From an uncultured virus (IMG/VR IMGVR_UViG_3300020325_000007) (lineage: Duplodnaviria; Heunggongvirae; Uroviricota; Caudoviricetes): 59,227 nucleotides of DNA. The notes under the pieces are model-generated. The model had not been told where the DNA came from, did not search any database, and was given only the letters and a program-made list of their open reading frames with translations. A program made the translations under genes and the position numbers. The stretch's first letter is position 1. Each line of letters begins with the position of its first letter. Below are positions 9,508 to 19,224 of this stretch, one piece after another. The DNA is taken from the IMG/VR virus record IMGVR_UViG_3300020325_000007; one strand, 5' to 3'.

Positions 9508-12024
9508 ATGTATCAAAACGTATACTACGAAAAAGAAAAGAATATCATACACTGTTGGGATGATGAAAAAGGTTACTATACATCAAAGTATCGTAGATAC
9601 GCATATGTAAGAGACGGTAATGGAGCACATCAATCAATTCACGGTGAACGTTTAAAGAAACTTACTTGGTGGAAAGCAGAAGATGATTTACAATTATATG
9701 AATCAGATGTAAACGAAGTTACAAGATTCTTAATTGACAACTATGGTGACTCAGATGAATCATCAGTTGGACATACAGTTCTTACTTTTGATATAGAGGT
9801 AGAAATGCTTAGTGGTCTTCCTGACATTGATAAAGCAGATAACGAAATTACTGCGATTGCAGGACATGATAGTGTTACAAATGATTATTTTGTTTACGTT
9901 GTTAATAAAGGTGAGAAGATTAATAAAACAATCAAAGGTGCACAGGTAGAATCATTTGACTCAGAAGATGAACTACTTACAGCATTCTTAAACAAGTGGC
10001 AAGAAATAAATCCATCAATTGTAACAGGATGGAATATTGATTATTTTGATGTCACATACTTGTACAACAGATTAAAGAATAGATTTGGTGAAAGATTAGC
10101 AAACAAACTATCACCGATTGGTAAAGTTCATTGGAACAAATATCGTAAAAGATACATTATCGCAGGTGTATCAGCATTAGATTATCTTGCGTTATACAAA
10201 TGTTACACATACACTGAACTTCCAAACTATAGATTAGACACGGTAGCAACAACTGAATTGGGTAGAGGAAAGATTGAGTATGAAGGAAACCTTGACCAAC
10301 TATTCAGAGATGATATAGAGAAGTTTATTGAGTATAACTTAGTTGATGTAGAGTTGGTTGTTGATATGGATAAGAAACTTCAGTTTATTGATTTAGCAAG
10401 AGCAATATGTCATACAGGTCATGTGTTCTATGAAGATTACTTATTTTCATCAAAATGGTTAGAGGGTGCAATGTTGACATTCCTTAGAAGGAGTGGTAGA
10501 GTCGCACCAAATAAAGCAAGACGAGTTCCAAGAAACGAAGATGGTTCAGATGGTGAATCTAAGTTTACAGGAGCGTATGTAAAAGAACCAAAGCCAGGAT
10601 TGTATAAATGGGTTTATGATTTAGATTTGACTTCACTATATCCATCAATCATTATGAGTATCAATATTTCACCTGAGACAAAGATTGGTAAGTTGAAAGA
10701 TTATTCTGCTGAAGACCATATGAAAGGTAGATTAGAAACTTATACTATTATGGACGTTGATGGAAATGAGTTTCCTACTTTACCAAAAGATAAGTTCAAA
10801 GCATTTATAGATAAAAACAAATATTCAGTCGCATCAAACGGAGTCCTTTATAGAACAGATAAAGTTGGTATTATTCCTGAAATATTAAATGTTTGGTTTA
10901 ACAAAAGAGTTGAATACAAAGATTTGATGAAAAAGTATGGTAAAGAAGGTAATGACGAACAATACAAGTTTTACGGTAAACGACAGTTAGTACAAAAGAT
11001 TATGTTAAACTCTTTGTATGGAGTTTTAGGATTACCATCATTCAGATTCTATGATATTGACAATGCAGAAGCAACTACGATTACAGGTCAAACTGTAATT
11101 AAAACAACTGAGTTGATTGCAAATCAATACTACTCAAAAGTGATAGGAAAAGAGGCAGACTATAACGTGTATACTGATACTGATTCTGTATTCTATCAAG
11201 CAGCACCGTTGGTAAAAGCACGTAATCCTGAACTCAATGAAGAGTCGGATGAAGAAATGATTCCTGCGATTCTATCCGCAGCAAAAGAGGTAGAACAACA
11301 CATTAATGGAATGTACGATGTTATGGCAAAAAAGTTATTTAACATTGATACACATAGATTTGATATCAAACAAGAAACAATCGCAAAGGGTGGTTTTTGG
11401 GTATCAAAGAAACGATACGCTCAATGGATTATCAACGACAATACTGTTGATTGTGATAAATTGGACGTAAAAGGATTGGATGTAAAACGTAGTTCGTTTC
11501 CAACTTACTTTAAAGAAGTTATGAAAACAGTTCTTTTAGATATTCTAAAATCAACTGATAAAACAGAGATAGACCAAAAAATATTAGATTACAAAGATGG
11601 TATGGTCGATAGGAACTTTATAGACATTGCAAAAAATACGTCAGTAAAAGAACTGTCAAAATATATGACAAAGAGTCAGGTGTTGGGTGAGTTCAAAAAA
11701 GGAACTCCTGCTCACGTTAAATCTGCATTGACATATAATCAATTACTTGCGTTCTATAAAGTACCTTACAAATATGAACCAATGAGAGACGGTGACAAGG
11801 TTAAGTGGGTTTATTTAAAAAACAATCCACTTGGATTAGATTCAACCGCGTTAAAAGGTCATAACGACCCACCACAGATTCTAAAGTTTGTTGAACAATA
11901 TATTGACTATGATAAAATATGGGAAAAGGAGTTAGAAAACAAACTTGGAGATTTCTATGAAGCGATGGATTGGGAAAAACCTAATTCTAATTTACAGAAA
12001 GCATCACAATTTTTTGGATTTTAA
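9508..12024 (+). CDS. Family B DNA polymerase with 3'-5' exonuclease (gp43-like)
   Basis: ExoI FDIE, ExoII GWN...FD, YN..D, DLTSLYPS, KIMLNSLYG, YTDTDS, KKRY. Confidence 0.96.
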   Translation: MYQNVYYEKEKNIIHCWDDEKGYYTSKYRRYAYVRDGNGAHQSIHGERLKKLTWWKAEDDLQLYESDVNEVTRFLIDNYGDSDESSVGHTVLTFDIEVEMLSGLPDIDKADNEITAIAGHDSVTNDYFVYVVNKGEKINKTIKGAQVESFDSEDELLTAFLNKWQEINPSIVTGWNIDYFDVTYLYNRLKNRFGERLANKLSPIGKVHWNKYRKRYIIAGVSALDYLALYKCYTYTELPNYRLDTVATTELGRGKIEYEGNLDQLFRDDIEKFIEYNLVDVELVVDMDKKLQFIDLARAICHTGHVFYEDYLFSSKWLEGAMLTFLRRSGRVAPNKARRVPRNEDGSDGESKFTGAYVKEPKPGLYKWVYDLDLTSLYPSIIMSINISPETKIGKLKDYSAEDHMKGRLETYTIMDVDGNEFPTLPKDKFKAFIDKNKYSVASNGVLYRTDKVGIIPEILNVWFNKRVEYKDLMKKYGKEGNDEQYKFYGKRQLVQKIMLNSLYGVLGLPSFRFYDIDNAEATTITGQTVIKTTELIANQYYSKVIGKEADYNVYTDTDSVFYQAAPLVKARNPELNEESDEEMIPAILSAAKEVEQHINGMYDVMAKKLFNIDTHRFDIKQETIAKGGFWVSKKRYAQWIINDNTVDCDKLDVKGLDVKRSSFPTYFKEVMKTVLLDILKSTDKTEIDQKILDYKDGMVDRNFIDIAKNTSVKELSKYMTKSQVLGEFKKGTPAHVKSALTYNQLLAFYKVPYKYEPMRDGDKVKWVYLKNNPLGLDSTALKGHNDPPQILKFVEQYIDYDKIWEKELENKLGDFYEAMDWEKPNSNLQKASQFFGF

Positions 12025-12048
12025 ATATTAATTAATTAGGAATATATT

Positions 12049-12672
12049 ATGTTAGATGTATCAACACATAAAAATGTAGAAAATGTTATCAGATATTTTC
12101 TTTTATACTTACCACCAAGAGGAGCAGAATCCATATTAGACGTGGGTGGTGGGTGTACAGCACCTTACAAAGGTGTTCTACAAACAAGATGTGAGGAATA
12201 CAGAAATCTTGATATAAGAAGTGGCCCAGGCGTTGATTATGTTCAAGATATTGTAGAGGGAACTGACTTTGAAGACAAACAGTGGGATTGGACATGGTGT
12301 TCAGAAACACTTGAACACATTCCACAAAAGTATATGAAGACATTTGTTGATGAAGTTTGTCGTATAAGTAAGAACGTAGTTTGGACGTTCCCGTTACCAC
12401 ACTCTGAGCCGTTTCCTTTAGACCCTGGCCATAGTGAAGTAATTGTAGATATGGAATCATATTCAAAAGACTTTCATGTATTTGATAAAACTACCAAATC
12501 AGGTAGGGGTATTTGGATTTTCGCAAGAAAAGACAGAAAGGTAGAAGTAACCAATAAAGGTATCATTCAAGAAGGATACTCCGCTGATAACTTATCGTTT
12601 GATGTGGTTAACAATAAAAAACGTCTAAAAGCAAATCCTGTCACTGTAAATAAATTTTTTAGTTTTGATTAG
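12049..12672 (+). CDS. Class I SAM-dependent methyltransferase (small-molecule/sugar type) with C-terminal NKFF tail
   Basis: ILDVGGG motif I, LDI motif II, SETLEHI; no DPPY or PC DNA-methyltransferase motif. Confidence 0.8.
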   Translation: MLDVSTHKNVENVIRYFLLYLPPRGAESILDVGGGCTAPYKGVLQTRCEEYRNLDIRSGPGVDYVQDIVEGTDFEDKQWDWTWCSETLEHIPQKYMKTFVDEVCRISKNVVWTFPLPHSEPFPLDPGHSEVIVDMESYSKDFHVFDKTTKSGRGIWIFARKDRKVEVTNKGIIQEGYSADNLSFDVVNNKKRLKANPVTVNKFFSFD

Positions 12673-12700
12673 GAATTGTCAATTAAATTTTGTATATTAG
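12669..12700 (+). promoter_or_regulatory. Putative -33/-7 promoter upstream of the sliding clamp
   Basis: TTAG-N20-TATATTAG; the spacer starts GAATTGTC as in the 46.9 kb and 47.7 kb copies. Confidence 0.55.
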
Positions 12701-12720
12701 TAACAAACTTAAAATAAATT

Positions 12721-13416
12721 ATGAAGAAAAACTCGTTTGAAGGTTTCATTTCCCGATATAATCTCGGTGGTGAAGTCGAATCGGTTAAGATTAACTCAAC
12801 CGATGAAGGTATGTCTGTAAGTTTTATTTCAGACGACAAGACACTCTTAGGGAGTGTTCAAAGTGAAAACAAAGAATTCCCAAATGGAGAGTTCGGTATT
12901 TACACAACATCACAACTTAAAGGGTTGTTAGGTGTTTTAGATTCTTCTATTGATATTACTGAAGGTGAAGCATCTTTAGTATTCTCAGACAAGAAGACAT
13001 CAGTTAATTATATGTTAGCAGATTTATCTGTTATTCCTGTAGTTCCTGATTTAAAACAACTACCTGACTTTAATGGTGAAATTACATTAGATGATGAATT
13101 TATTTCAACATTCGTAAAGTCAAAAGGAGCGTTAAGTGAATCAGATACATTTACTTTCTCTTGTAAGGGTAACAAAGGTTCTGTTGTGTTAGGTTATCAA
13201 AAAATTAATTCTAATAGAATTTCTATGAATGTAAACTGTAAATGTGATGGTGACATCGAACCAATCTCATTCTCAGCAAAATACTTAAAAGAAATTCTTA
13301 ATGCAAACAAAGGTGCAAAATCATCTTCTCTAAAAGTTTCAAGTCAAGGACTTGCATTCGCAACATTTGAAAAAGATGGTTTCACTTCTAACTACTACTT
13401 AGTAGAAATAAAGTAA
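12721..13416 (+). CDS. Sliding clamp (gp45/PCNA-like)
   Basis: 231 aa two-domain alpha/beta pattern, FGIY...L..LL, FSAKYL, SSQGL...F, terminal YYLV; lies between the polymerase and clamp loader. Confidence 0.8.
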   Translation: MKKNSFEGFISRYNLGGEVESVKINSTDEGMSVSFISDDKTLLGSVQSENKEFPNGEFGIYTTSQLKGLLGVLDSSIDITEGEASLVFSDKKTSVNYMLADLSVIPVVPDLKQLPDFNGEITLDDEFISTFVKSKGALSESDTFTFSCKGNKGSVVLGYQKINSNRISMNVNCKCDGDIEPISFSAKYLKEILNANKGAKSSSLKVSSQGLAFATFEKDGFTSNYYLVEIK

Positions 13417-13425
13417 GGAGCAAAT

Positions 13426-14916
13426 ATGACTAAAGATTACAACCATCCACTGTACGGTAGACGAGTTCTACACATCATGTCACCTGTTAGGTGGAGTGGT
13501 CCTAAATTTCAACATCACGGTGATTCTAACTATAAAGTTATGGTTAAGACTATCAAGTTTTTACCAATGTGTCACCATACAATATTGGTCCCTACCAATA
13601 ACACGATTCCTGATTTAGGTCCAAACGTAACATTAGTACCATTTGATTATACTCAATCTGTTTTATCAAATAGAGCATACTTTAACGGTAAACTCTTAAA
13701 CAAACTTACAGATTGGAGAGGTCAAGATTTTGACTTTATATTTAATCACCAACCTGAACTTTTATATAATGTTGTAAATTCAATCATGTCTTCAAGATAT
13801 GGTCTTACAGTAGAATGTTTCAATTTCTTCCATTGGGTTGACTGTACAAAGAGTAGAGTTACAGATGGATACCCTGAAGGATTCTATAGACAACTTGAAG
13901 CAATTAATTGGTCTTACAAATCATATTTCCACTGTCCTGTATCAAAAGATTATATGAAATCTAATTGGGACAAAAAGGACTATATAGTTCAAGGTATCAA
14001 TGACGAAGTCATGGATGAAAAGATTAACTACTTTCCATTAGGAGTAGGACAGTTCCCTGATTCGGAACCATTCCCTAATCCTGCACGAGGTAAAAAGATA
14101 TTGTTATTCAATCATAGATGGAACAATTCAACAGGTATCAATAAACTTATTGAATATACTGAAGACCTTGATAGGGATGAGTGGTTAGTTTGGGTTACTG
14201 ATGAAAATGCAAAAAAACCTCAAGCAGGTAAACCTGCACCAAAATGGATGTATGTTAAGAATTTACCAAGTGGTGGAGCATATCGTAATTTGATTGAACA
14301 GTCTCATGCCACTTTGTGTTTTGTTGACAACTACATGACTTGGAACTTATCAGTACAAGACGCAGTTAGGTTGAAGAAACCAAGTTTAGCGTTCAAACAC
14401 CCAACATATGAATATGTCTTGGGTAAAGATTATCCATTATACTTCTCAGATAAAGAGGAGTTCTTAGATGTAATAAATAAAATTCCTGAAGGTAAGAAAT
14501 TTGATTGGGAATTACCACCACATGATGAAGACTTTAAAAATAATCTTGTTGGTGATTTAATACATTGTTTAGAAAACAGTAAGAAGAAACATACATCCAA
14601 AACCAAATACGGTGTGGAGTGGTTATATCATATCTTACAGGGTAATGGATATAAAAAGAACATCTTGTATAATAGTCACCCGTCATTACATAAAAGTAAT
14701 GCGTGGGAAGGTATTAGACAGTGGTGTTTAGAAAGAGGTGTAAAAGATACACCGAATGAAGTTTATACTAAACTTTGGATTCCTGAAGAAAACATCGATG
14801 ATATTAAGAAAATTATTGATGAAGCAGGAAACGTAGATTACAAAGGTGACCCATTAGATGAGTCTAAGAGAGACCCTAAATGGTCACAAAACTTTACATC
14901 AAATAAATTCTTTTAA
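13426..14916 (+). CDS. GT-B fold glycosyltransferase, candidate DNA-modifying enzyme, with C-terminal NKFF tail
   Basis: VLHI, FDFIFNHQPE, LLFNHR, TWNLSVQDA..LKKP (GT4-like E/D-x7-E region); inserted between clamp and clamp loader. Confidence 0.65.
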   Translation: MTKDYNHPLYGRRVLHIMSPVRWSGPKFQHHGDSNYKVMVKTIKFLPMCHHTILVPTNNTIPDLGPNVTLVPFDYTQSVLSNRAYFNGKLLNKLTDWRGQDFDFIFNHQPELLYNVVNSIMSSRYGLTVECFNFFHWVDCTKSRVTDGYPEGFYRQLEAINWSYKSYFHCPVSKDYMKSNWDKKDYIVQGINDEVMDEKINYFPLGVGQFPDSEPFPNPARGKKILLFNHRWNNSTGINKLIEYTEDLDRDEWLVWVTDENAKKPQAGKPAPKWMYVKNLPSGGAYRNLIEQSHATLCFVDNYMTWNLSVQDAVRLKKPSLAFKHPTYEYVLGKDYPLYFSDKEEFLDVINKIPEGKKFDWELPPHDEDFKNNLVGDLIHCLENSKKKHTSKTKYGVEWLYHILQGNGYKKNILYNSHPSLHKSNAWEGIRQWCLERGVKDTPNEVYTKLWIPEENIDDIKKIIDEAGNVDYKGDPLDESKRDPKWSQNFTSNKFF

Positions 14917-14917
14917 T

Positions 14918-15838
14918 ATGAGTAATTCACTATGGGTTGAAAAATACAGACCCGATACATTAGAGGGATATGTTGGTAATGAACATATCTTAGAAAAAGT
15001 AAAAATATACATTGAGAATGAGGATGTACCACACTTGTTACTTTATGGAGTAGCAGGTACAGGTAAGACTACCCTCGCAAAGATAATCACTAATCAGATT
15101 GATTGTGATGTTATGTACATAAACGCCTCTGATGAAAACTCTGTTGACGCAGTTCGTGATAAGATTCGTGGATTCGCATCATCAATGGGTTTCAGAAAGT
15201 GGAAGGTTATCATATTAGATGAAGCAGATTATTTGACACCAAACGCACAAGCAGCACTTAGAAACTTAATGGAAACTTTTTCAAAGTCTACAAGATTTAT
15301 TTTAACTTGTAACTATGTAGAAAAAGTTATTGACCCGATTCAATCTCGTTGTCAGACATTCGCAATAACACCACCTTCAAAGAAGGAAGTAGCGAAAAGA
15401 TTGTTTGATATATTAAACGAGGAAGAGGTTAAGTTTCAAAAAGAAGACCTTGCAGTATTAGTGAATGGTGGGTATCCTGACATTCGTAGAGTTCTAAATG
15501 CAGCACAGAGACAAGTTGTCAAAGGTGAATTGAAAATAGATACAACATCTACAGTTCAAGCAAACTATGTTGACAATGTAATTGAAGTGATGAAATCAGG
15601 TGGTGAGATGAAAAAACAATTCAATCAAATCAGACAGATTATTGCTGATTCAAAAGTGAAAGATTTTCAACCACTATACAGAGCACTATATGATGAAGTA
15701 GATGAATACGCATCGGGTAAAGTTGGACAGACTATTTTAAACATCGCAGATGGTCAGTACAAAGATTCAATGGTTGTTGATAAAGAAATCAACATTATGG
15801 CGATGATTTTAAATATTTTAGTAACAATAGGAAAGTAG
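14918..15838 (+). CDS. Clamp loader AAA+ subunit (RFC/gp44-like)
   Basis: LWVEKYRP, GVAGTGKT, INASD, ILDEAD, SRC motif. Confidence 0.95.
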   Translation: MSNSLWVEKYRPDTLEGYVGNEHILEKVKIYIENEDVPHLLLYGVAGTGKTTLAKIITNQIDCDVMYINASDENSVDAVRDKIRGFASSMGFRKWKVIILDEADYLTPNAQAALRNLMETFSKSTRFILTCNYVEKVIDPIQSRCQTFAITPPSKKEVAKRLFDILNEEEVKFQKEDLAVLVNGGYPDIRRVLNAAQRQVVKGELKIDTTSTVQANYVDNVIEVMKSGGEMKKQFNQIRQIIADSKVKDFQPLYRALYDEVDEYASGKVGQTILNIADGQYKDSMVVDKEINIMAMILNILVTIGK

Positions 15839-15840
15839 TT

Positions 15841-16119
15841 ATGGCAAAAAAAGGAAAAGTTGTAGACTTAGGGGGACAGCAGAATAAACAACAGGTAGGT
15901 CTAAAATTAGACCCAAGAAAGTTACCTACTGTAGATTGTCCCGAATGTGGTGGTATCTTCTTTGACGAAGTAACAATGTATAAAGAAGTACCAGCAGTAC
16001 AATCACCAAACGGTGTAGCATCGATGTTACCAATACCCGTTGTATTATGTAACAACTGTGGTACAGTTCATCCAAAATTTACACCAAAAGAACTGATTAA
16101 TGGTGAAAAAGAAGACTAA
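15841..16119 (+). CDS. Zn-ribbon protein
   Basis: CPEC and CNNC pairs. Confidence 0.6.
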   Translation: MAKKGKVVDLGGQQNKQQVGLKLDPRKLPTVDCPECGGIFFDEVTMYKEVPAVQSPNGVASMLPIPVVLCNNCGTVHPKFTPKELINGEKED

Positions 16120-16537
16120 AACAATATTTGAACATATTTCGGGAATCAAAGAGAAAAAGGTTCCTTGGAATACTCTATCCGATATGGATAAGAAAACATT
16201 CTCACCATTTATAGTAAATAGATGGTTGTCAATGAATCTTAATCTTATTGAGTTGGTAAACGAGTTACAAAAACATACCATAGGTCAACTCAAACCCCGA
16301 GATGTGTACAAATTATATTTTGACGTTCTTCCACAAAAAAAGACATGGGATAAGTACATAAAAGGTAAAAAAGAAAGTAAGTACAATGAAAATGTCTTAA
16401 AGTACTTGTCAAAATACTATGAAGTATCTCAGAGAGAAGTCATAGGATATCTTGACATACTAACAAAAGATGAAATTACCGAAATAATAAAAAAATACGG
16501 TATAGAAGATAAAGAAATAAAGAAATGGCTGAAGTAA
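16100..16537 (+). CDS. Clamp loader small subunit (gp62-like)
   Basis: FSPFIVNRWLS and KYYEVS..E motifs; position after the gp44-like gene. Confidence 0.65.
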   Translation: MVKKKTKTIFEHISGIKEKKVPWNTLSDMDKKTFSPFIVNRWLSMNLNLIELVNELQKHTIGQLKPRDVYKLYFDVLPQKKTWDKYIKGKKESKYNENVLKYLSKYYEVSQREVIGYLDILTKDEITEIIKKYGIEDKEIKKWLK

Positions 16538-16935
16538 TAAAAGAAAGAAAAAACAAAGTTAAGTGGAATGGTGAAAAACAAGTGAAGAGAAATGTAGAGG
16601 AATCCGCAATAGAATATTGTGAAAGACTATATCCAAACACGACAACTGAGTTTAAAAAGATTCAAGAAGAAATGTATGAAACATTCTGTAAAAAACAAAG
16701 AAATTACGGACCCGATAACATTTCAGTTGGTTCTAACTTAGAAACTGATGATGAAATAAAGATATCACTAACAGGTTTATGGTTCAGAATGAATGATAAA
16801 ATCCAAAGACTAAAACAATTAGTAGTTTTAGGTCAACCTGATGAAGTTGGTGAAAACATCCAAGATACATACGAAGATATGAGTGTTTATGGAGTTATAG
16901 CACAGATAGTCCAAAGAAAGAAGTGGGCTAAGTAA
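16525..16935 (+). CDS. DUF1599 / nucleotide-modification-associated domain 1-like helical protein
   Basis: F.KKQ.NYG, RMNDK..RL, E...DT..D...Y pattern. Confidence 0.7.
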   Translation: MAEVIKERKNKVKWNGEKQVKRNVEESAIEYCERLYPNTTTEFKKIQEEMYETFCKKQRNYGPDNISVGSNLETDDEIKISLTGLWFRMNDKIQRLKQLVVLGQPDEVGENIQDTYEDMSVYGVIAQIVQRKKWAK

Positions 16936-16937
16936 AA

Positions 16938-16994
16938 TTTAACAATTATTTAACATAAAAGATTTGGTAATTCCAAGTCTTTTTCTTATCTTTA
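16938..16994 (+). promoter_or_regulatory. Promoter with tandem TTTAACA boxes
   Basis: TTTAACA(16938)-N4-TTTAACA(16949)-N7-TTTG(16963)-N20-TATCTTTA(16987). Confidence 0.7.
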
Positions 16995-16999
16995 TGTAG

Positions 17000-17941
17000 A
17001 TGAAAAAATCAATGGTATCCAATATATTCAATTTTCCCGTACACAAAGAAGGGAAAGATGATAAGAAGGTTTCCTATTCACAGTATACAATGTGGGCAAA
17101 CTGTCCTAAACAGTGGAAACTAACCTATATGGATGGTCACAAAGACTTCGACCCATCCATACACTTATTATTCGGTACCGCAATGCATGAGACTATACAA
17201 TCTTGGTTACAAGTTATGTATAATGACTCTGCAACAAAAGCAAATGAAATGGACCTTAATGGACTCTTGTTAGAAGAAATGACTAAAGAGTACAAAAAGA
17301 CCATGGCAATATACGGAATTAAGTTTACCAATCGTAGTGAAATGAATGAGTTCTACGATGATGGTATACAAATACTCGATTTCTTGAAAAAGAATCGGTC
17401 TGCATACTTTTCAACTCGTAATATGAAACTTGTTGGTGTAGAATTACCTATTTATTATCCCGTATCAGATGATAGTCAAATCATGATGAAAGGTTTCCTT
17501 GACTTGGTATTTGAAGACAGTGATGGAAATATTGAAATATGGGATATCAAAACATCAACAAAAGGTTGGAACAAGTGGCAGAAAGCGGATAAAACAAAAA
17601 CCGCACAATTAGTTTTATACAAAAAGTTTTTCTCAGAACAATATGGTTATCCATTAGATAGAATACAAGTAAGGTATTTTATTGTAAAAAGAAAGTTGTG
17701 GGAAGAGGCAATGTTTGCACAAAAGAGGGTACAAGAGTTTGTACCACCTCACGGTAAACCTACCTTAAATAAAATAGTAAAGAATTTTAACCAATTTATT
17801 GAAAGTAGTTTTAACGATGATGGAACATACAATACAGTTGGTGAGTTCCCTGCATTAGCAGGTAAGAACAACAAGAACTGTAGATGGTGTCCTTTCAAAG
17901 ATAGTGAATTGTGTAACAAAAAGGAACGTATAAAATCTTAA
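17000..17941 (+). CDS. PD-(D/E)XK nuclease, AddB/Cas4-like with probable Fe-S cysteines
   Basis: SYSQ, NCP, GTAMHE, GFLD..., WDIKT, QL.LY, CRWCPF....C. Confidence 0.85.
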   Translation: MKKSMVSNIFNFPVHKEGKDDKKVSYSQYTMWANCPKQWKLTYMDGHKDFDPSIHLLFGTAMHETIQSWLQVMYNDSATKANEMDLNGLLLEEMTKEYKKTMAIYGIKFTNRSEMNEFYDDGIQILDFLKKNRSAYFSTRNMKLVGVELPIYYPVSDDSQIMMKGFLDLVFEDSDGNIEIWDIKTSTKGWNKWQKADKTKTAQLVLYKKFFSEQYGYPLDRIQVRYFIVKRKLWEEAMFAQKRVQEFVPPHGKPTLNKIVKNFNQFIESSFNDDGTYNTVGEFPALAGKNNKNCRWCPFKDSELCNKKERIKS

Positions 17942-17942
17942 T

Positions 17943-18473
17943 ATGAGAACTTTATTTATATGGGTTTCTTTACTTTTAGTTAGTTCAAGTAAAGTAGAAA
18001 ATCCAAGGGTAGAACCAATTACGGTTCTTGAACCTAAACCAATAAAAGAACTAACGGTGGAAACAACACCAATGATTCTAAAAATACCTGATAGAGATAT
18101 TTCAGACTTAGTAGGAGCGATGATACAGGTAGAATCACAAGGAGACCCAAGTGCATTTGCTAAAGGAGAGAATGCAGCAGGTATCTTACAAATAAGACCA
18201 ATAATGGTCAATGAAGTAAATAGACTACTTCATAAATTTGATTCTGAAAAATTCTATACATTAGATGACAGATGGGATGAGAAGAAGTCTATAGAAATGT
18301 TTTATATAATTTACAATTATTACCACAAAGATAGTTCATATGAAGAAATTGCAAGGTGTTGGAATGGTGGTCCGAAAGGATTACAGAAAAAACAAACTAA
18401 AAGGTATTGGAAAAAGGTACAAAAAGAATTGGTCAAGTATGAGAGTAGCGTTGATAGGTCACGAGACGTATGA
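17943..18473 (+). CDS. Lysozyme-fold muralytic enzyme (transglycosylase/destabilase-like) with N-terminal signal
   Basis: MIQVES, AGILQI, WNGG; hydrophobic N-terminus. Confidence 0.7.
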   Translation: MRTLFIWVSLLLVSSSKVENPRVEPITVLEPKPIKELTVETTPMILKIPDRDISDLVGAMIQVESQGDPSAFAKGENAAGILQIRPIMVNEVNRLLHKFDSEKFYTLDDRWDEKKSIEMFYIIYNYYHKDSSYEEIARCWNGGPKGLQKKQTKRYWKKVQKELVKYESSVDRSRDV

Positions 18474-18834
18474 AAATAGAGGAGAAATAAAAGAGTTAAT
18501 CTTTAACTTAAAGAAAAAGTTTGGTGACGACCTAATCATAGTTACACGAGGTAAAAAAAATGGTATTGAAAAGTGGGTTAGAAAGTACTCGTTAGAAATG
18601 AGTGTAAAGTATATCGAATATAATCCTGCACATACATCTGTAACGTTGTATAGTGGAATGGAAGATGACTATTACGATAAACCATATCACCCAACACAAC
18701 CACTTCACCAATATGATTGTATCGTACATAACTCAGATAAGATAGTTTATTTTGGGGAGATACAAAGGAATGAATTTAATCATTTCAACAGATTGTTAAA
18801 TAGATGGAAAAAGAAAGCAAGTTTCGTACAATGA
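18439..18834 (+). CDS. Hypothetical protein, possibly SLOG/YspA-like
   Basis: MRVALIG, IVTRG..NG.E...KY pattern. Confidence 0.4.
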   Translation: MRVALIGHETYENRGEIKELIFNLKKKFGDDLIIVTRGKKNGIEKWVRKYSLEMSVKYIEYNPAHTSVTLYSGMEDDYYDKPYHPTQPLHQYDCIVHNSDKIVYFGEIQRNEFNHFNRLLNRWKKKASFVQ

Positions 18835-19175
18835 ATGAAATAGAATATAGACCTTGGGGTAGATACGAGGTATTGTTAGATGACCCCACTACAAAAGTAA
18901 AAAGAATTACAGTAGAACCTCACAGAAAGTTGTCGTACCAATATCACCACAAAAGACAGGAATGTTGGACCGTGATAAAGGGTGAGTTGACAATTGTTTT
19001 AGATGACGAAAAAGTATTCAGAAAGTATGGTGAGACCATCAGAATACCATTAGGAGCAAAACACAGAGCATGGAATGAGACAGATGAACCCGTTGAGTTT
19101 ATAGAAGTTCAAACAGGTACATATTTTGGTGAAGATGATATTGTTAGAATTTCTGATGAATATAATAGGATTTAA
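18831..19175 (+). CDS. Cupin, mannose-6-phosphate isomerase type II C-terminal-like
   Basis: RPWG.Y, LSYQYH.KR.E.W, HR..N, EVQ.G.YFGEDDIVR. Confidence 0.88.
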   Translation: MNEIEYRPWGRYEVLLDDPTTKVKRITVEPHRKLSYQYHHKRQECWTVIKGELTIVLDDEKVFRKYGETIRIPLGAKHRAWNETDEPVEFIEVQTGTYFGEDDIVRISDEYNRI

Positions 19176-19224
19176 TTAATTTTTTTTGTATATTTATAGT
19201 TAAATAAAAAAGAAGAAGTTACAC

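Noticed and set aside
12049..12672. Classical DNA methyltransferase (C5 or N6/N4) explaining the GpC signal directly
   Set aside because: No PC catalytic motif or DPPY/NPPY; the ENV near the N-terminus is out of order and probably coincidental
3..15838. Inteins or introns in recA, helicase, nrdA, polymerase or clamp loader
   Set aside because: Protein lengths are normal, ORFs are uninterrupted and no intein splice motifs are seen
17000..17941. Cas4-like nuclease as part of a CRISPR-Cas system
   Set aside because: No cas1/cas2 or array in the window; solo Cas4/AddB-like nucleases are common in phage replication regions
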